A stretch of 64,000 bases of DNA from an uncultured Gammaproteobacteria bacterium (GCA_964504365.1 CAZDDW010000001.1:132293-196292); one strand, 5' to 3'. Counted from the first letter of the stretch, positions 19,587-29,719 are shown. Made by a program: numbers and translations. Notes: generated from the letters alone by a model not told the origin.

Positions 19587-19655
19587 ATGCCTCTCCTGTT
19601 TGGGTTGAAGGATCGAGGAAGTAGGTTAGCATGGACCAGGCTTGTTGTCAACCTA

Positions 19656-19690
19656 AAAGACGCCCTTTCGGGCGCCCCTTTCTTTTTTTA
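19656..19690. terminator. bidirectional hairpin terminator after gatB
   Basis: gacgccctttcgggcgcc hairpin flanked by A-run and T-run. Confidence 0.55.
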
Positions 19691-21199
19691 TTTTAGCTTG
19701 ACCCCTAAAATGTTTTTTACCACCCCGGGATCGGCGTTGCCTTCGGTTTCTTTGATTACCATACCGATGAAGAATTTGAGTAGTTGCTCTTCACCGGCTT
19801 TGAAGCGAGCTGCTTCATCTGGGTGATTAGCTATTACTCGATCAACCGCGTCAGCGATAACAGATTCATCCTCAAGTCGTCCCAGTTTTTTATCTTCCAT
19901 AACATGCGATGGATCGATTCCACTGTTAACCATTTCCTCAAGTACAGTCATACCATTCTTGCTCGATAATTTGCCAGTGGCTAATAAAGTGATCAGTTCA
20001 GCAAAGTTCTCAGGAGTGATTTTTAAGATTCGGATGTCAATTGCTTGAGCCTTCATGATTCCACCCAGCTTTGACAACAACCAACCACCAACCAGCTTAG
20101 CAATTTTCAATCGATCTTTCTCGCTCGGTTCCTCAGCATCAGGCTGAGAGCGCAACCAGGCATCCAGCTCAGAAAACACATGTTCAGTATAATCAGCCAA
20201 AGCAGGGTCATCACAGATCTGTTTGGCATCGGCTTGGCTTAATAAATACTCATCAACAAAACGACGACGGCGTGATTCTGGTAGCTCAGGAATTCGACCC
20301 TTGGCTTCTTCAGTAATCTCAGTCAGGTCAAGCATCGGAATATCAGGCTCAGGGAAGTAGCGATAGTCAGCCGCACCTTCTTTGGTCCGTTGCAGCTCTG
20401 TTACCTGCTTGCTTTCGTTCCAACCACGTGTCTCCTCAACCTTTGGTGGTTCACCTGCCTCCCATAATTTAGTCTGCCGCTGAATCTCGTGTTCCAAAGC
20501 TCGTTCAACAGCTTTGAACGAGTTTAAGTTCTTGACTTCAATTTTTGTATTCAGCTCTTTGCTCTTTGGTCTGCCTTCGTCATCCAGTTCACGCAGACTA
20601 ATGTTTGCATCACAGCGCAAGTGGCCTTTTTCCATGTCCGCGTCAGAAATCTCTAAGTAACGAGCAATTAAACGCAGTTCCTGCAAAAAAGCCTTGGCCT
20701 CACCTGGTGTACGAATATCTGGTTCAGAAACAATTTCAGCCAGCGGTGTGCCACCACGATTATAATCAACATAGGTCTTGCCAGAAGGGTCGTGAATATT
20801 CTTGGCAGCATCTTCTTCAAGGTGTAAGCGGGTAATTCCAACGCGCACACTCTGCCGTGGTGCGTTTGGAATATGTATATCCAAGTAGCCATCCTGCATA
20901 ACCGGCATATCAAACTGTGAGATCTGATATCCTTTTGGCAGGTCAGGGTAGAAGTAGTTTTTACGATCAAATTTTGAAGCCGTGGCGATTGTTCCGTTCA
21001 AAGCCAGTCCGGCCAGAACACCCCAACTAACAGCCTGTTCGTTGGGTACAGGCAAGGTTCCGGGGTGACCCAAACAAACCGGACACACATTAGTGTTCGG
21101 TGCTTTGGCACTGTTGTGTGTGGCACAGCCACAAAACATTTTGGATTTGGTTTTCAATTGGACATGTATTTCAAGTCCGATGATCGGTTCTAGATTCAT
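19688..21199 (-). CDS. gatB: Asp-tRNA(Asn)/Glu-tRNA(Gln) amidotransferase subunit B
   Basis: 503 aa; GatB N-terminal catalytic and C-terminal YqeY-like domain motifs. Confidence 0.9.
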   Translation of the reverse strand: MNLEPIIGLEIHVQLKTKSKMFCGCATHNSAKAPNTNVCPVCLGHPGTLPVPNEQAVSWGVLAGLALNGTIATASKFDRKNYFYPDLPKGYQISQFDMPVMQDGYLDIHIPNAPRQSVRVGITRLHLEEDAAKNIHDPSGKTYVDYNRGGTPLAEIVSEPDIRTPGEAKAFLQELRLIARYLEISDADMEKGHLRCDANISLRELDDEGRPKSKELNTKIEVKNLNSFKAVERALEHEIQRQTKLWEAGEPPKVEETRGWNESKQVTELQRTKEGAADYRYFPEPDIPMLDLTEITEEAKGRIPELPESRRRRFVDEYLLSQADAKQICDDPALADYTEHVFSELDAWLRSQPDAEEPSEKDRLKIAKLVGGWLLSKLGGIMKAQAIDIRILKITPENFAELITLLATGKLSSKNGMTVLEEMVNSGIDPSHVMEDKKLGRLEDESVIADAVDRVIANHPDEAARFKAGEEQLLKFFIGMVIKETEGNADPGVVKNILGVKLK

Positions 21200-21954
21200 A
21201 CTAGGGTTTCTTTAACATTTCGATACAAAATTGTCCAGTAAATAATATAAAGTGGCAGGAAGAATATATTTATCACATTTTCGACTATTTCTGGCCATAC
21301 AGGGATTTGATCAGTTCCAATTACAGCAGGATCAAGACCAGTGATTAACATACCTAGGCCGATGAGGAGAGAGAGGGCAACTAGGTAAATAAAGACCAGG
21401 ATTAGTGGTCCAAAAATTATTCGACGGACCATAGACCAGAAGCGTCCAGTAACCAGAGATCGACTATAGCTCAAGGCTTCTACCCCTCGTTTATTATCAA
21501 GAACTACCGCAGTTTGCGCAAAAACAAACCATATACTAAAGATAATTCCAGGGATGATGAGTAGAAGAAAACCGCCAAGTACCGCCAAGGTGCTTATCAG
21601 GGCTACCAAAAGTACAGGAATAATCACTTGCCAACTAAGTCGATTAACTAATGCGGGATCTATCTTTTTCCTACTCAGCGTTTCATTAACTATGATCATG
21701 ATTGCGTTGCTGGCCCAGATGGTGATGATTCCTTGGCTAAAAATGATCCCGATATACAGCGGTAACCATGGTCCAAAGATCTGATCCACGTCAGGAACTA
21801 AAAGGTAAAAGACAACTAAAGCCAAGTAGGGAACTAAGATCCATGCTGCGTATCCTATTAGGGTAGCAAAGTTAGAACGATAAAACTGCCAGCTACTGGC
21901 AAGTAGTGGCAGCACTCGAATCATCTTTTGTTTTTTATTTACTGGCTTTGGCAC
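21196..21954 (-). CDS. polytopic membrane protein, hypothetical
   Basis: 6-8 predicted TM helices; overlaps neighbours by 4 and 20 nt (operon). Confidence 0.5.
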   Translation of the reverse strand: MPKPVNKKQKMIRVLPLLASSWQFYRSNFATLIGYAAWILVPYLALVVFYLLVPDVDQIFGPWLPLYIGIIFSQGIITIWASNAIMIIVNETLSRKKIDPALVNRLSWQVIIPVLLVALISTLAVLGGFLLLIIPGIIFSIWFVFAQTAVVLDNKRGVEALSYSRSLVTGRFWSMVRRIIFGPLILVFIYLVALSLLIGLGMLITGLDPAVIGTDQIPVWPEIVENVINIFFLPLYIIYWTILYRNVKETLV

Positions 21955-22852
21955 TTTGGTAGATTAGGTAGTCGGTAATGAGAATAATTGGATTAATCAC
22001 AACAGTGATAATAATCACGATTAAAGTGTTCAGGATCGAGAATAAACGTTCAGCCAAATCAATATTCAATCCAGCCATGCCCATAACCAAGGCATAGATA
22101 ATGGCTATAACAATAAACTGGACAATAGCAAAGACTAAAAAGTAAAGCACTTTTGGTAGAAGAACACGCCAAAGTATTGGCCAGAAGCGATGGCCAACTG
22201 CTTTACGACTTGCTGTAAAAGCGGCTCGTCCGCGCTGTTTATCTAAAACCAAAGCATAGCCGATAAAGAAATATCGTACAGCCCAGTAAAGGACCAGGAT
22301 GAACATTACTAAAAATCCAAGGATCAGGGCAATCGTGCCGATGCTTCCCAAAAGCGGCATTGTCTTTATCGCTCCAATAGCTATTAAGATAAAACCAGGT
22401 ACTGTAGCTAGGCCAGGTAGGAGTAGAAGTAAGGTGAACAAAATATTAACTAGCACAAATGGCCAAAAGTACTTCCAGCTGCTGCTGGCAACTTCTCGTA
22501 AGTTGCGTCGCTTTCCAGTCGCTTGTAGATCAATAAGACGAACCAGGGCAATGAAAACCCAGAATCCGATAACTGGGGCAACAATAAAACCAGTAAACAT
22601 GGCTAAGTAAATTCCAATGTCTTGGGCCAGAGTTAGTTCCGCATTGAGTGCCAGCTCGACTGATGTTGGGTATAGAGCAAAAGCAATTGCATAAAGAACG
22701 GCCAGAACTAGGAGCCAGGCTGAGACACTAATCAGTTCCACAAAATTTTTGCGGTAATGATCCCAGGCATGGTCAATGATCTGTCCGACAGTAATTAACT
22801 GTTGAGGCATATTTTTTTGTTTTATTTTTTGATTGATGAAATGATTTGCCAA
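21935..22852 (-). CDS. polytopic membrane protein, hypothetical (paralog of preceding gene)
   Basis: similar TM architecture and WxL/YxxA motifs to 21196-21954. Confidence 0.5.
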   Translation of the reverse strand: MANHFINQKIKQKNMPQQLITVGQIIDHAWDHYRKNFVELISVSAWLLVLAVLYAIAFALYPTSVELALNAELTLAQDIGIYLAMFTGFIVAPVIGFWVFIALVRLIDLQATGKRRNLREVASSSWKYFWPFVLVNILFTLLLLLPGLATVPGFILIAIGAIKTMPLLGSIGTIALILGFLVMFILVLYWAVRYFFIGYALVLDKQRGRAAFTASRKAVGHRFWPILWRVLLPKVLYFLVFAIVQFIVIAIIYALVMGMAGLNIDLAERLFSILNTLIVIIITVVINPIILITDYLIYQSAKASK

Positions 22853-23502
22853 ATTTCGTTGTGGATGTCTTCTTTGCTGCGCAGCTCACCTTTGTCGTCG
22901 CAGGAGATTAGGTGACTGTTTGGGTAAACTTGAGCCAGGTGCAGGTAAGCTGCTTCTGCGTCGCGTAGATGTTGCTCATCTGTTTCATGAATATCAGTTT
23001 TCAAGTCGCTTTTCCAGCCACCGCGCCCCTCCTGTAGTTTAAGAGCGGTGTCTGTCGGTACGTGCAAGATAATGCAGATGTCTGGACGGGGGATACCAAA
23101 GACTTCGTGCTCAAGGTGATCATTCCAGTTAAAGAATTTTTCACGTTCAGCATGATCAGTAATCTTGCCGCCTTGGTGGCCCATGTTTGAAGTTACGTAG
23201 CGATCAGTAATCACCGTTTTGCCCTGATCTAGCCAGTCACGAATTTGAAATGATGCGTCAAAGCGGTCAACAGCGTAGAGGATTGAAGAAGCCTTTGGTC
23301 CGACTTCATGGGCTTTACCATACTTTCCAGATAAGTATTCTTCAGTTGGTCCAGCGCTTTTGTTGTTGTATTGCGGGAACGAGATCGTTTCATGCGCTCG
23401 CCCTTCTTTAAGCAGACGATTGAGCAAAAGTTTAGTCTGGGTACCTTTGCCAGTACTATCCGATCCATCGATTACAATAAAGAGGTTATCTGTGTTTTGC
23501 AT
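22822..23502 (-). CDS. tmk: thymidylate kinase
   Basis: IVIDGSDSTGKGTQ P-loop, DRY motif (TDRYVTSN), LID region. Confidence 0.85.
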   Translation of the reverse strand: MQNTDNLFIVIDGSDSTGKGTQTKLLLNRLLKEGRAHETISFPQYNNKSAGPTEEYLSGKYGKAHEVGPKASSILYAVDRFDASFQIRDWLDQGKTVITDRYVTSNMGHQGGKITDHAEREKFFNWNDHLEHEVFGIPRPDICIILHVPTDTALKLQEGRGGWKSDLKTDIHETDEQHLRDAEAAYLHLAQVYPNSHLISCDDKGELRSKEDIHNEIWQIISSIKK

Positions 23503-23537
23503 AAGCTTATTATAGCAGATTCACCGTGATTATAACA

Positions 23538-23567
23538 TAAAATAAAGAAACCGCGGTGAAGCGGTTT
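23538..23567 (-). terminator. intrinsic terminator (minus strand)
   Basis: aaccgcttcaccgcggtt hairpin plus T-run on minus strand. Confidence 0.5.
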
Positions 23568-23572
23568 GGAGT

Positions 23573-23869
23573 TCAGAGTTCCGTGGGGTCTGGTGCGCGC
23601 TGCGTCAGCCAGTTGAACGGAGTGCCAATCAGAGTGAACAGATCCATGGTCTCGGCTCCACAGCGGTTGCAGTGGGCGTGATCACCACCCCGGGTCTCGT
23701 TCATGTCCCAGTGCGGAGTAGCCGGACCGATCAGGTCTGGGAAGGATTCAGCACAGGCTTGGCAAACATCCGGAGCACTCATGGCCAGTCGGCTGCGCAG
23801 CCGATCGCCACACCAGCTACAATGGGCAGCTCCGTCTTCTCGTTGTTCATCACATCGTCCGCAGGCCAT
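23573..23869 (-). CDS. Cys-rich zinc-finger protein; GC-rich insert
   Basis: CGRC...CSWCG...CQAC...CNRCG motifs. Confidence 0.4.
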   Translation of the reverse strand: MACGRCDEQREDGAAHCSWCGDRLRSRLAMSAPDVCQACAESFPDLIGPATPHWDMNETRGGDHAHCNRCGAETMDLFTLIGTPFNWLTQRAPDPTEL

Positions 23870-23884
23870 GGTTACCTCCGAGTA

Positions 23885-24379
23885 TCAGTGGATAACGAAT
23901 TGAAGCATTGTCTTGACCGGTGGCAGTTCAACCACGATCAAGAAGCCGATATCTTTGGATTCACTTTCCGGATCCGGGTACCTGACAATTATGCCCAGTT
24001 CCTGCCCTGGCCAGACCCGCTGCAGCTCATCGGCAATCTCGTGCAGTTTGGCCTCAGAGGTGAAGTTGTGTCTCGCTATGTCTTCTGGGGTGAACGTTCT
24101 TGACCATTGGCCGTGCAAGAGCAGCTGACCAATCACGTCGTAGTGGTGAATGAATTCACGGATATCATCCGTGAGCAGGCTGGAAAGCTCATCTCCGAGA
24201 TCGTCAAAAGCTTGCTTGACACCTCTGCGCTGTTGCTCTGCCTTGATCGCAATCTCCCGGTTGTCGTCGACGCTATCGCCAATGTTGCCGGTCAGGGCAG
24301 CTTCTTTCAGCCACCGATTCAGGTTGTCAGCAACCATCTGCTGCCGACGAACGTGTAATCCTAATGCTCCAGGTTTCAT
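23885..24379 (-). CDS. hypothetical protein; GC-rich insert
   Basis: RBS AGGAAAGGAAG before ATG; promoter TTGACA-17-TAACAT at 24445-24473 (minus). Confidence 0.4.
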   Translation of the reverse strand: MKPGALGLHVRRQQMVADNLNRWLKEAALTGNIGDSVDDNREIAIKAEQQRRGVKQAFDDLGDELSSLLTDDIREFIHHYDVIGQLLLHGQWSRTFTPEDIARHNFTSEAKLHEIADELQRVWPGQELGIIVRYPDPESESKDIGFLIVVELPPVKTMLQFVIH

Positions 24380-24485
24380 TTTCTTCCTTTCCTTGGGTCG
24401 TTGGTTTCCCCTTCCTTGGGGTTGAAAGAGCGAGTAAGAGAAGAATGTTATCTTATTTAGGCTACTTTGTCAAGCCTGTCAAGAT

Positions 24486-24517
24486 TAAATAAAAAACCCT
24501 GTACCAGATTCAGGGTC
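24486..24517 (-). terminator. intrinsic terminator (minus strand)
   Basis: accctgaatctggtacagggt hairpin followed by TTTTTTATTT on minus strand. Confidence 0.6.
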
Positions 24518-24556
24518 CATCGGTGCAGGGCAAGCCGCGATATGCGGTTAAGTGGT

Positions 24557-24985
24557 TTAGGCCTCGCCACCGCCTTCGGCTGGCCGGGCGATGCGAATTG
24601 TATATCTGGCAAAATAAGGACCAGCCTTGAGGTCAGTGGTTATGTTGTTGCCCCAAAGATCATTGAGTGGATTGAGGGTCTCACCAATCATTTCTGGATG
24701 ATCGCTGTCCAATTCGGGGAGTCCCCGACTGATCGGAATGCAGACCTCTCCATCTCTGAGCAATGTGATGATCAGATCGACGCTGACCAACTGAGCCAGT
24801 AGCCCATGCTGTTCCAGCCTGCGGTGCAGTATCTGGGCGCTGACTTTCAGGGCCGTGTCTTGCTCCAGTTTCTTCTGGGCAAGCTCAGCTTCGAGCCGGA
24901 CAATCTCACCCTTTCCGCGAGCATGGTTTGAATTGATTGCAGCCAGGGTTCCAGGTCTTATTTCGCCAGGAATAGGGGCACCCAT
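24557..24985 (-). CDS. hypothetical protein; GC-rich insert
   Basis: GGGAGG RBS; promoter 25017-25046 (minus) overlapping face-to-face with the plus promoter of the ThyX-like gene. Confidence 0.4.
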   Translation of the reverse strand: MGAPIPGEIRPGTLAAINSNHARGKGEIVRLEAELAQKKLEQDTALKVSAQILHRRLEQHGLLAQLVSVDLIITLLRDGEVCIPISRGLPELDSDHPEMIGETLNPLNDLWGNNITTDLKAGPYFARYTIRIARPAEGGGEA

Positions 24986-25039
24986 ATTTACCTCCCTTGA
25001 AGGTCCATTAGGCTAAAACTTATCACCATTTTATCCTTT

Positions 25040-25068
25040 TTGTCAACCGTCCGGACATCTGGTAAGAT
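25040..25068 (+). promoter_or_regulatory. promoter TTGTCA-17-TAAGAT; its -35 shares the hexamer with a divergent minus-strand TTGACA-18-TAAGTT promoter (25017-25046)
   Basis: hexamers and spacing read on both strands. Confidence 0.4.
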
Positions 25069-25089
25069 ACGGACGATAAAAATAAACAT

Positions 25090-26868
25090 GTGGATATGTC
25101 TGATCTTAAACTAATCGAAGCGGAGGACCGGGTGGCTGTTTTTGAGGACCCGGAAACAGGTGAGCGCATGGTCGCTTATGGTGATGGAACGACTTTGCCG
25201 TTCCGTTCTTTTATTACTGAGCAGGTTTTCCGCTTAGCCGAGCGCTTCATGGTTTCGCCAAATAGCACAGTTACCGCATTGAATTCCGAGCTCTTGTCTG
25301 GGCTAATGGGTGCAGCTTTGGCTCGCCAAAGCCGAGCTCCAGGAACAGTAATCGACGTTATTGCCAAAGAGTTCTTGAATGAGAAAGGGGACTTGAAGAA
25401 GAAAAAGTTAGACAAGTTGATCGAACGGGTGCTCATTCAGTACGGCGATGATTCTGTTCAGGAGCTGGAAACTGCGACAGTGTTGTTTAATTCGATCTCG
25501 AACTTGGCTACAAAAGCAATCGAGGATCGTCGTCTTGGAGCATTTATCGAACAGTCCAGCCGTTATGTTATTTACACTGAACGCGATCGAGCTACTGGTA
25601 ACTGGTTGTACTATCGTGAGCCGCGGATTATGGCCAGTTCCTTGGGTGAGGATTATGTAAAGGTTATGGATGGCTGTTTTGAGCTGTATGCTGAGATGGT
25701 TGATAAATTGATTGAGTATTACGGAGAACTTAAGCCAATCGAATCTGTTGAGTACGCTGTGAAACCAAATGATTCTAAGAAATATCGCTTAGATGAGCTG
25801 GATGATGATCGGCAGCGTAAAGAGTTTAAACGAACCTATACTTTTGATCTGCGTACACGTGCTTGCGACACAGGTCGAGTGGTTCTGCCAGCTGCGACTT
25901 TAACTAATATGGCCATGGTGGCTAACGGTCGGGTTTATGAGCATTTGCTAAAGCGCTTGTATTCTGATCCAAAGCCAGAGTTTAAGGATGTGGCTGAGCG
26001 TTTGCATGGCACTTTGAACGAGATTATTCCAAAGTATGTTAAGCGTGCTGATACTGATGGAGTGCCAATGTGGAAGGCGATTGATCAGAAGTTGAGAGGA
26101 TTGTGTCGCGAGATCGAAGAGATTTGGGAGCCGGAGCAGGGGCGGGAAGAAGTTGATTGGGTTGAGTTGCCGCCGCTGGTTGCCGATACTCCAGAGGCGC
26201 GTCGTCATATGTGCGCGGCCATCTTGTATCCGCACGCCCGAGCTTCGTATCGCCGTATCGTTGAAGTTCTTGGCGGTGCGTCTGACGCAACCATTGAGCA
26301 GATTCTGGATGTGGCTATTGGTCAGCGCGAGAATCGACGTGATCGTTCTCCGCGTGGATTTGAGCACGGTTATCCGATTACTGTTGATGTTGTCGGTAAC
26401 TTTGGAATCTTCCGTGATTTGCATCGACATCGTATGTGTACTTTGCAACGACAGGTTCTTAATCCACATGTAGAAATGACTGTACCAGAAGATATTGAAA
26501 AGATTGGGTATGGCGATCAGGTGCGTGGTATGGCGGCTGAGGTGGCCGAGCTGTACGATAAGATCGAAGCTGAGATTGGAACTGATGCAGCAGAGTACGT
26601 TGTCCTTTTTGGTCACCACGTGCGTTTCATGTTTGGAATGAATTTACGCGAGGCCCAGCACTTGCTTGAGATCCGGACTGTGCCGCAGGGACACCCGGAT
26701 TATCGTCGGGTTTGCCAGAAGATTGATCAGGAAATAAAAAATCGCGCCCCATGGATCAATAAGATTGGCGCACTAGACTTTGTCGATCACGAACAGTACC
26801 ACTGGGCTCGAGCAGATGCAGAGGCCAGACAGTCACAGAAAGTCTTAGAGCGGAATTTAGAGAATTAA
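25090..26868 (+). CDS. putative flavin-dependent thymidylate synthase (ThyX-like), tandem-duplicated domain
   Basis: first half DRRLGAFIEQSSRYV aligns to the ThyX RHR...SQRYV signature (RHR lost); second half LHRHRMCTLQRQV has intact RHR but degenerate SQRY; 592 aa is about 2x ThyX length; same neighbourhood as tmk and dCMP deaminase. Confidence 0.45.
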   Translation: MDMSDLKLIEAEDRVAVFEDPETGERMVAYGDGTTLPFRSFITEQVFRLAERFMVSPNSTVTALNSELLSGLMGAALARQSRAPGTVIDVIAKEFLNEKGDLKKKKLDKLIERVLIQYGDDSVQELETATVLFNSISNLATKAIEDRRLGAFIEQSSRYVIYTERDRATGNWLYYREPRIMASSLGEDYVKVMDGCFELYAEMVDKLIEYYGELKPIESVEYAVKPNDSKKYRLDELDDDRQRKEFKRTYTFDLRTRACDTGRVVLPAATLTNMAMVANGRVYEHLLKRLYSDPKPEFKDVAERLHGTLNEIIPKYVKRADTDGVPMWKAIDQKLRGLCREIEEIWEPEQGREEVDWVELPPLVADTPEARRHMCAAILYPHARASYRRIVEVLGGASDATIEQILDVAIGQRENRRDRSPRGFEHGYPITVDVVGNFGIFRDLHRHRMCTLQRQVLNPHVEMTVPEDIEKIGYGDQVRGMAAEVAELYDKIEAEIGTDAAEYVVLFGHHVRFMFGMNLREAQHLLEIRTVPQGHPDYRRVCQKIDQEIKNRAPWINKIGALDFVDHEQYHWARADAEARQSQKVLERNLEN

Positions 26869-27131
26869 CTTGATAGTATTGTTTCTAATTCCTGCTTCTC
26901 TTGTTCTAATATATTGTCCCAGTGTTGGTGGTCAGAATCATCAACACTGGTTTTTTGTTTGATGTTCTTGGCCAGTTTTTCTAACCATTGAGGATGTTTT
27001 TTTGTTAAATCAATCACTGCAGCTAACTCTTGATCATTAACTTTTTTAAAGAAAGACAATAAAAGCTGTTTATCCTGGAACGGTAAAATACTGTTATAAA
27101 TTATTCGATCAAGTTTTATAAAATTTTTCAT
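26865..27131 (-). CDS. small hypothetical protein
   Basis: last ORF of the minus-strand operon 29666-26865; low GC. Confidence 0.35.
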   Translation of the reverse strand: MKNFIKLDRIIYNSILPFQDKQLLLSFFKKVNDQELAAVIDLTKKHPQWLEKLAKNIKQKTSVDDSDHQHWDNILEQEKQELETILSS

Positions 27132-27132
27132 A

Positions 27133-28140
27133 TTATTCTACTAAGGTAACCTGTCCAGTAGAAAGATCAAGAACAATATTGCGAGCAATATCATATCCCA
27201 AGACATCTTCCCCGGTTATTTGAGCACCCAGCCTGTCAATAGCTTGGCGCAGATAGTATATATTCCTCTCAGACATACCACTCCATCCGCCAACCATTTG
27301 AACTTGTAGCCGAGATGAGTCCTCAATGTTTAATTCGCTGATCATGGCGTCCAAGCTCTGATCTGCTTTTTGAACTGGATCAAGATGAAGGACACCTCCA
27401 TGGCGTGATTCCGGGTCAAAGACAGTTATTCCAACACAAGGCCCCAGGCCAAAAGTAGCCAGCAGTTCTCCTTCCTGGCCAACAACAAATGTTCCTTGAC
27501 CAGCTGTTTGGTCTATTTCAAATTCTTCTCTTGGAAGAATTGTTTTTTTGTCCGGTGAGACCGGCTCAATTTGATCTATTTCTTGTGCCAGTTGCGGTTC
27601 GTTGGTCGATGTGTTGTCACGTGTAATAAAGCCTTCTTCGAGCAAGTATTGTATAAAAGGATTTTCCAAATCTGCCGCTTCAAGTCTAACTGCTGTCTGT
27701 TCCGGTCTGTCATAACTTTCTAATTCTCCATCTCTAATAAAGAAACTGACCAACCTGGTGTCATAATCACCATCCCGGACACCTTTTTTGATTACTCTGA
27801 TCAGCCCCTCTTTTGAGTGTTCAACCCTAATAAAAGGTGTGCTGTAAAGAAAATCACCAGTTCGGTGCTTGTATTCTGGGTTTGCCATCATTTGTTCAAG
27901 GGCCTGGATGGTCTCTTTGTTGCTCTCGATAGATTCTAAATGATTCTCATCAGTAGCCTCTTGTGCATGGCTGAATTCTGGTCGAGCAGCGCCAGCAGTA
28001 AAAGCTGTAATTAATAGCATTACTTTAGCAATATCGCGGGTGATTGGATTGTTTAGAAAATCTGCAAGAAAGAGTTTTTCTTTTCCCACACGCTCCTCGG
28101 CTTGTTCTGGCGATCTTAATGTTGTTTCTAAGCCTCTCAT
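27133..28140 (-). CDS. membrane-anchored protein with C-terminal CheD-like (protein glutamine deamidase) domain
   Basis: N-terminal hydrophobic anchor; C-terminal LGPCVGITVFDPESRHGGVLHLDP resembles the CheD catalytic Cys/His region. Confidence 0.45.
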   Translation of the reverse strand: MRGLETTLRSPEQAEERVGKEKLFLADFLNNPITRDIAKVMLLITAFTAGAARPEFSHAQEATDENHLESIESNKETIQALEQMMANPEYKHRTGDFLYSTPFIRVEHSKEGLIRVIKKGVRDGDYDTRLVSFFIRDGELESYDRPEQTAVRLEAADLENPFIQYLLEEGFITRDNTSTNEPQLAQEIDQIEPVSPDKKTILPREEFEIDQTAGQGTFVVGQEGELLATFGLGPCVGITVFDPESRHGGVLHLDPVQKADQSLDAMISELNIEDSSRLQVQMVGGWSGMSERNIYYLRQAIDRLGAQITGEDVLGYDIARNIVLDLSTGQVTLVE

Positions 28141-28715
28141 TATTTTAGGTTTTCTATAAGTTTTGCGATCTTTTCTTGATAATCCTCAAGTGTCCCGTCG
28201 TTGACTATTGTGTAATCAGCCATGGCAATTGGTCCGCCTTTGGCCAGATTCTCCAGCTCAGCGTAGTCACGGCTCTTAGCCTCTTCGCGACTGAACCCAC
28301 GATTGCGCAGATCAGGATCATCTGCACCAGAGCTTCGAGCTTCAAGTCGGGCATAGCGCATTTTTGGTGGGGCATAGATAGCAACTACAATCAGGTTTTC
28401 ACCATATCGTTCTTTAAGCACTTTGTATTCGTCCCAGCTGTACAGCCCGTCACCAACTACATGTCCCTGCTCAAGCAGCTGATCGAACTTTGGAATATTT
28501 AGAATAGCAAACGCAGCCATGCCGTGTTCTTTGCGGAACCCTTCACGAATTTCGCGCTCTAGTTCCTCGCTTGGTTCTTGCCCGCGGCGTTTGACTTCGT
28601 CGAGCGTGATCTGACCAAAACGCAGGAATCCATATCCGCGCTCAACCAAAGCATCGGCCAAGACGCTCTTGCCACTGCCGCACATGCCAACAATGGCTAC
28701 TAATTTATTTGCCAT
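28140..28715 (-). CDS. P-loop nucleoside/nucleotide kinase (dephospho-CoA kinase-like fold)
   Basis: IVGMCGSGKS Walker A; 191 aa. Confidence 0.55.
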   Translation of the reverse strand: MANKLVAIVGMCGSGKSVLADALVERGYGFLRFGQITLDEVKRRGQEPSEELEREIREGFRKEHGMAAFAILNIPKFDQLLEQGHVVGDGLYSWDEYKVLKERYGENLIVVAIYAPPKMRYARLEARSSGADDPDLRNRGFSREEAKSRDYAELENLAKGGPIAMADYTIVNDGTLEDYQEKIAKLIENLK

Positions 28716-28718
28716 ATT

Positions 28719-29666
28719 TCAAATTGCTAATTTAACTTCACCCTCAGGAGCCTTTGTCCCCTCTACGCCGTTAGAAAACATTTTCTGCACTTCTTTATTC
28801 CAGCGAGGATTTTCTTTATGAATATCAACTTCAATTCCGGCTCTCTCTAAATATCTTATCACATCTGTGTTTCGATAGACCCTGCCCATAACCACTCGCT
28901 TGATTCCAGCAGCAACAATGTATTTAGCGCAGTGGATACAAGGGCTGAATTTCGTGTATAGAGTTGCTCCGGCAGTCGTTGCCCCTGGCACAATAGCTGC
29001 TTGCAAAATTGTATTATGCTCACCATGAATCGTACGCACACAATGTCCCTCTTCCATTAGGTGTCCTTCAGCCTCATCACAATGAGGAAGCCCAGGAGGA
29101 GATCCGTTGTATCCGGTCGACATAATTCGATTATCTTTAACTAAAACAGCGCCAGATCGCAGTCGGTCGCAAGTGCTACGAGTTCCAACAATTCTACAGA
29201 TGGCCATGTAATAATCATCCCAGCCTGGTCGAACATATTTTGGTTCAGCCTGTTTTTCAATTGTGGCCCAAAGTTTTTGTTTTAGATCAGCCAGGTCTTT
29301 ATATTTAACAACTGTGATCTCCGGAGTCCCGAGCAGCATGCGAGAAACTTGCTGGTCCTCTCGAACCAGGACGATAATCGGAATCTGTTTTTCATGAGCA
29401 AGCATAATCTCCATGCCATTGCCCGTGCTTGGGTTGGTGCATTCCAGAACAACCAGATCCGATTGTTTAACCGCGTAGTAGTCTTTATGAAAAATCTCCG
29501 CTGGAGTGATATCCGGGGAGTCCAAGTTTTCCTTATTGGTCTCCTTTTCTGCGCAGAATACATTGTATCCTGCCTCCTCGACTACCTTAATCATGGCATC
29601 AACCACACCTTCACCAGGTCGTGTATCAGCCACTGTAATTGGTCCCCCTACATATGCTGTTTTCAT
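28719..29666 (-). CDS. fusion of nucleoside 2-deoxyribosyltransferase-like domain and dCMP deaminase
   Basis: C-terminal HGEHN...PCIHC zinc motif of CDA/dCMP deaminase; N-terminal Rossmann-like PTD/NDT-type domain. Confidence 0.65.
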   Translation of the reverse strand: MKTAYVGGPITVADTRPGEGVVDAMIKVVEEAGYNVFCAEKETNKENLDSPDITPAEIFHKDYYAVKQSDLVVLECTNPSTGNGMEIMLAHEKQIPIIVLVREDQQVSRMLLGTPEITVVKYKDLADLKQKLWATIEKQAEPKYVRPGWDDYYMAICRIVGTRSTCDRLRSGAVLVKDNRIMSTGYNGSPPGLPHCDEAEGHLMEEGHCVRTIHGEHNTILQAAIVPGATTAGATLYTKFSPCIHCAKYIVAAGIKRVVMGRVYRNTDVIRYLERAGIEVDIHKENPRWNKEVQKMFSNGVEGTKAPEGEVKLAI

Positions 29667-29719
29667 ACGGTGTTCCTTTAATTTATATCGAACCCAATTT
29701 ACCAGATTTACTGTGTTCG

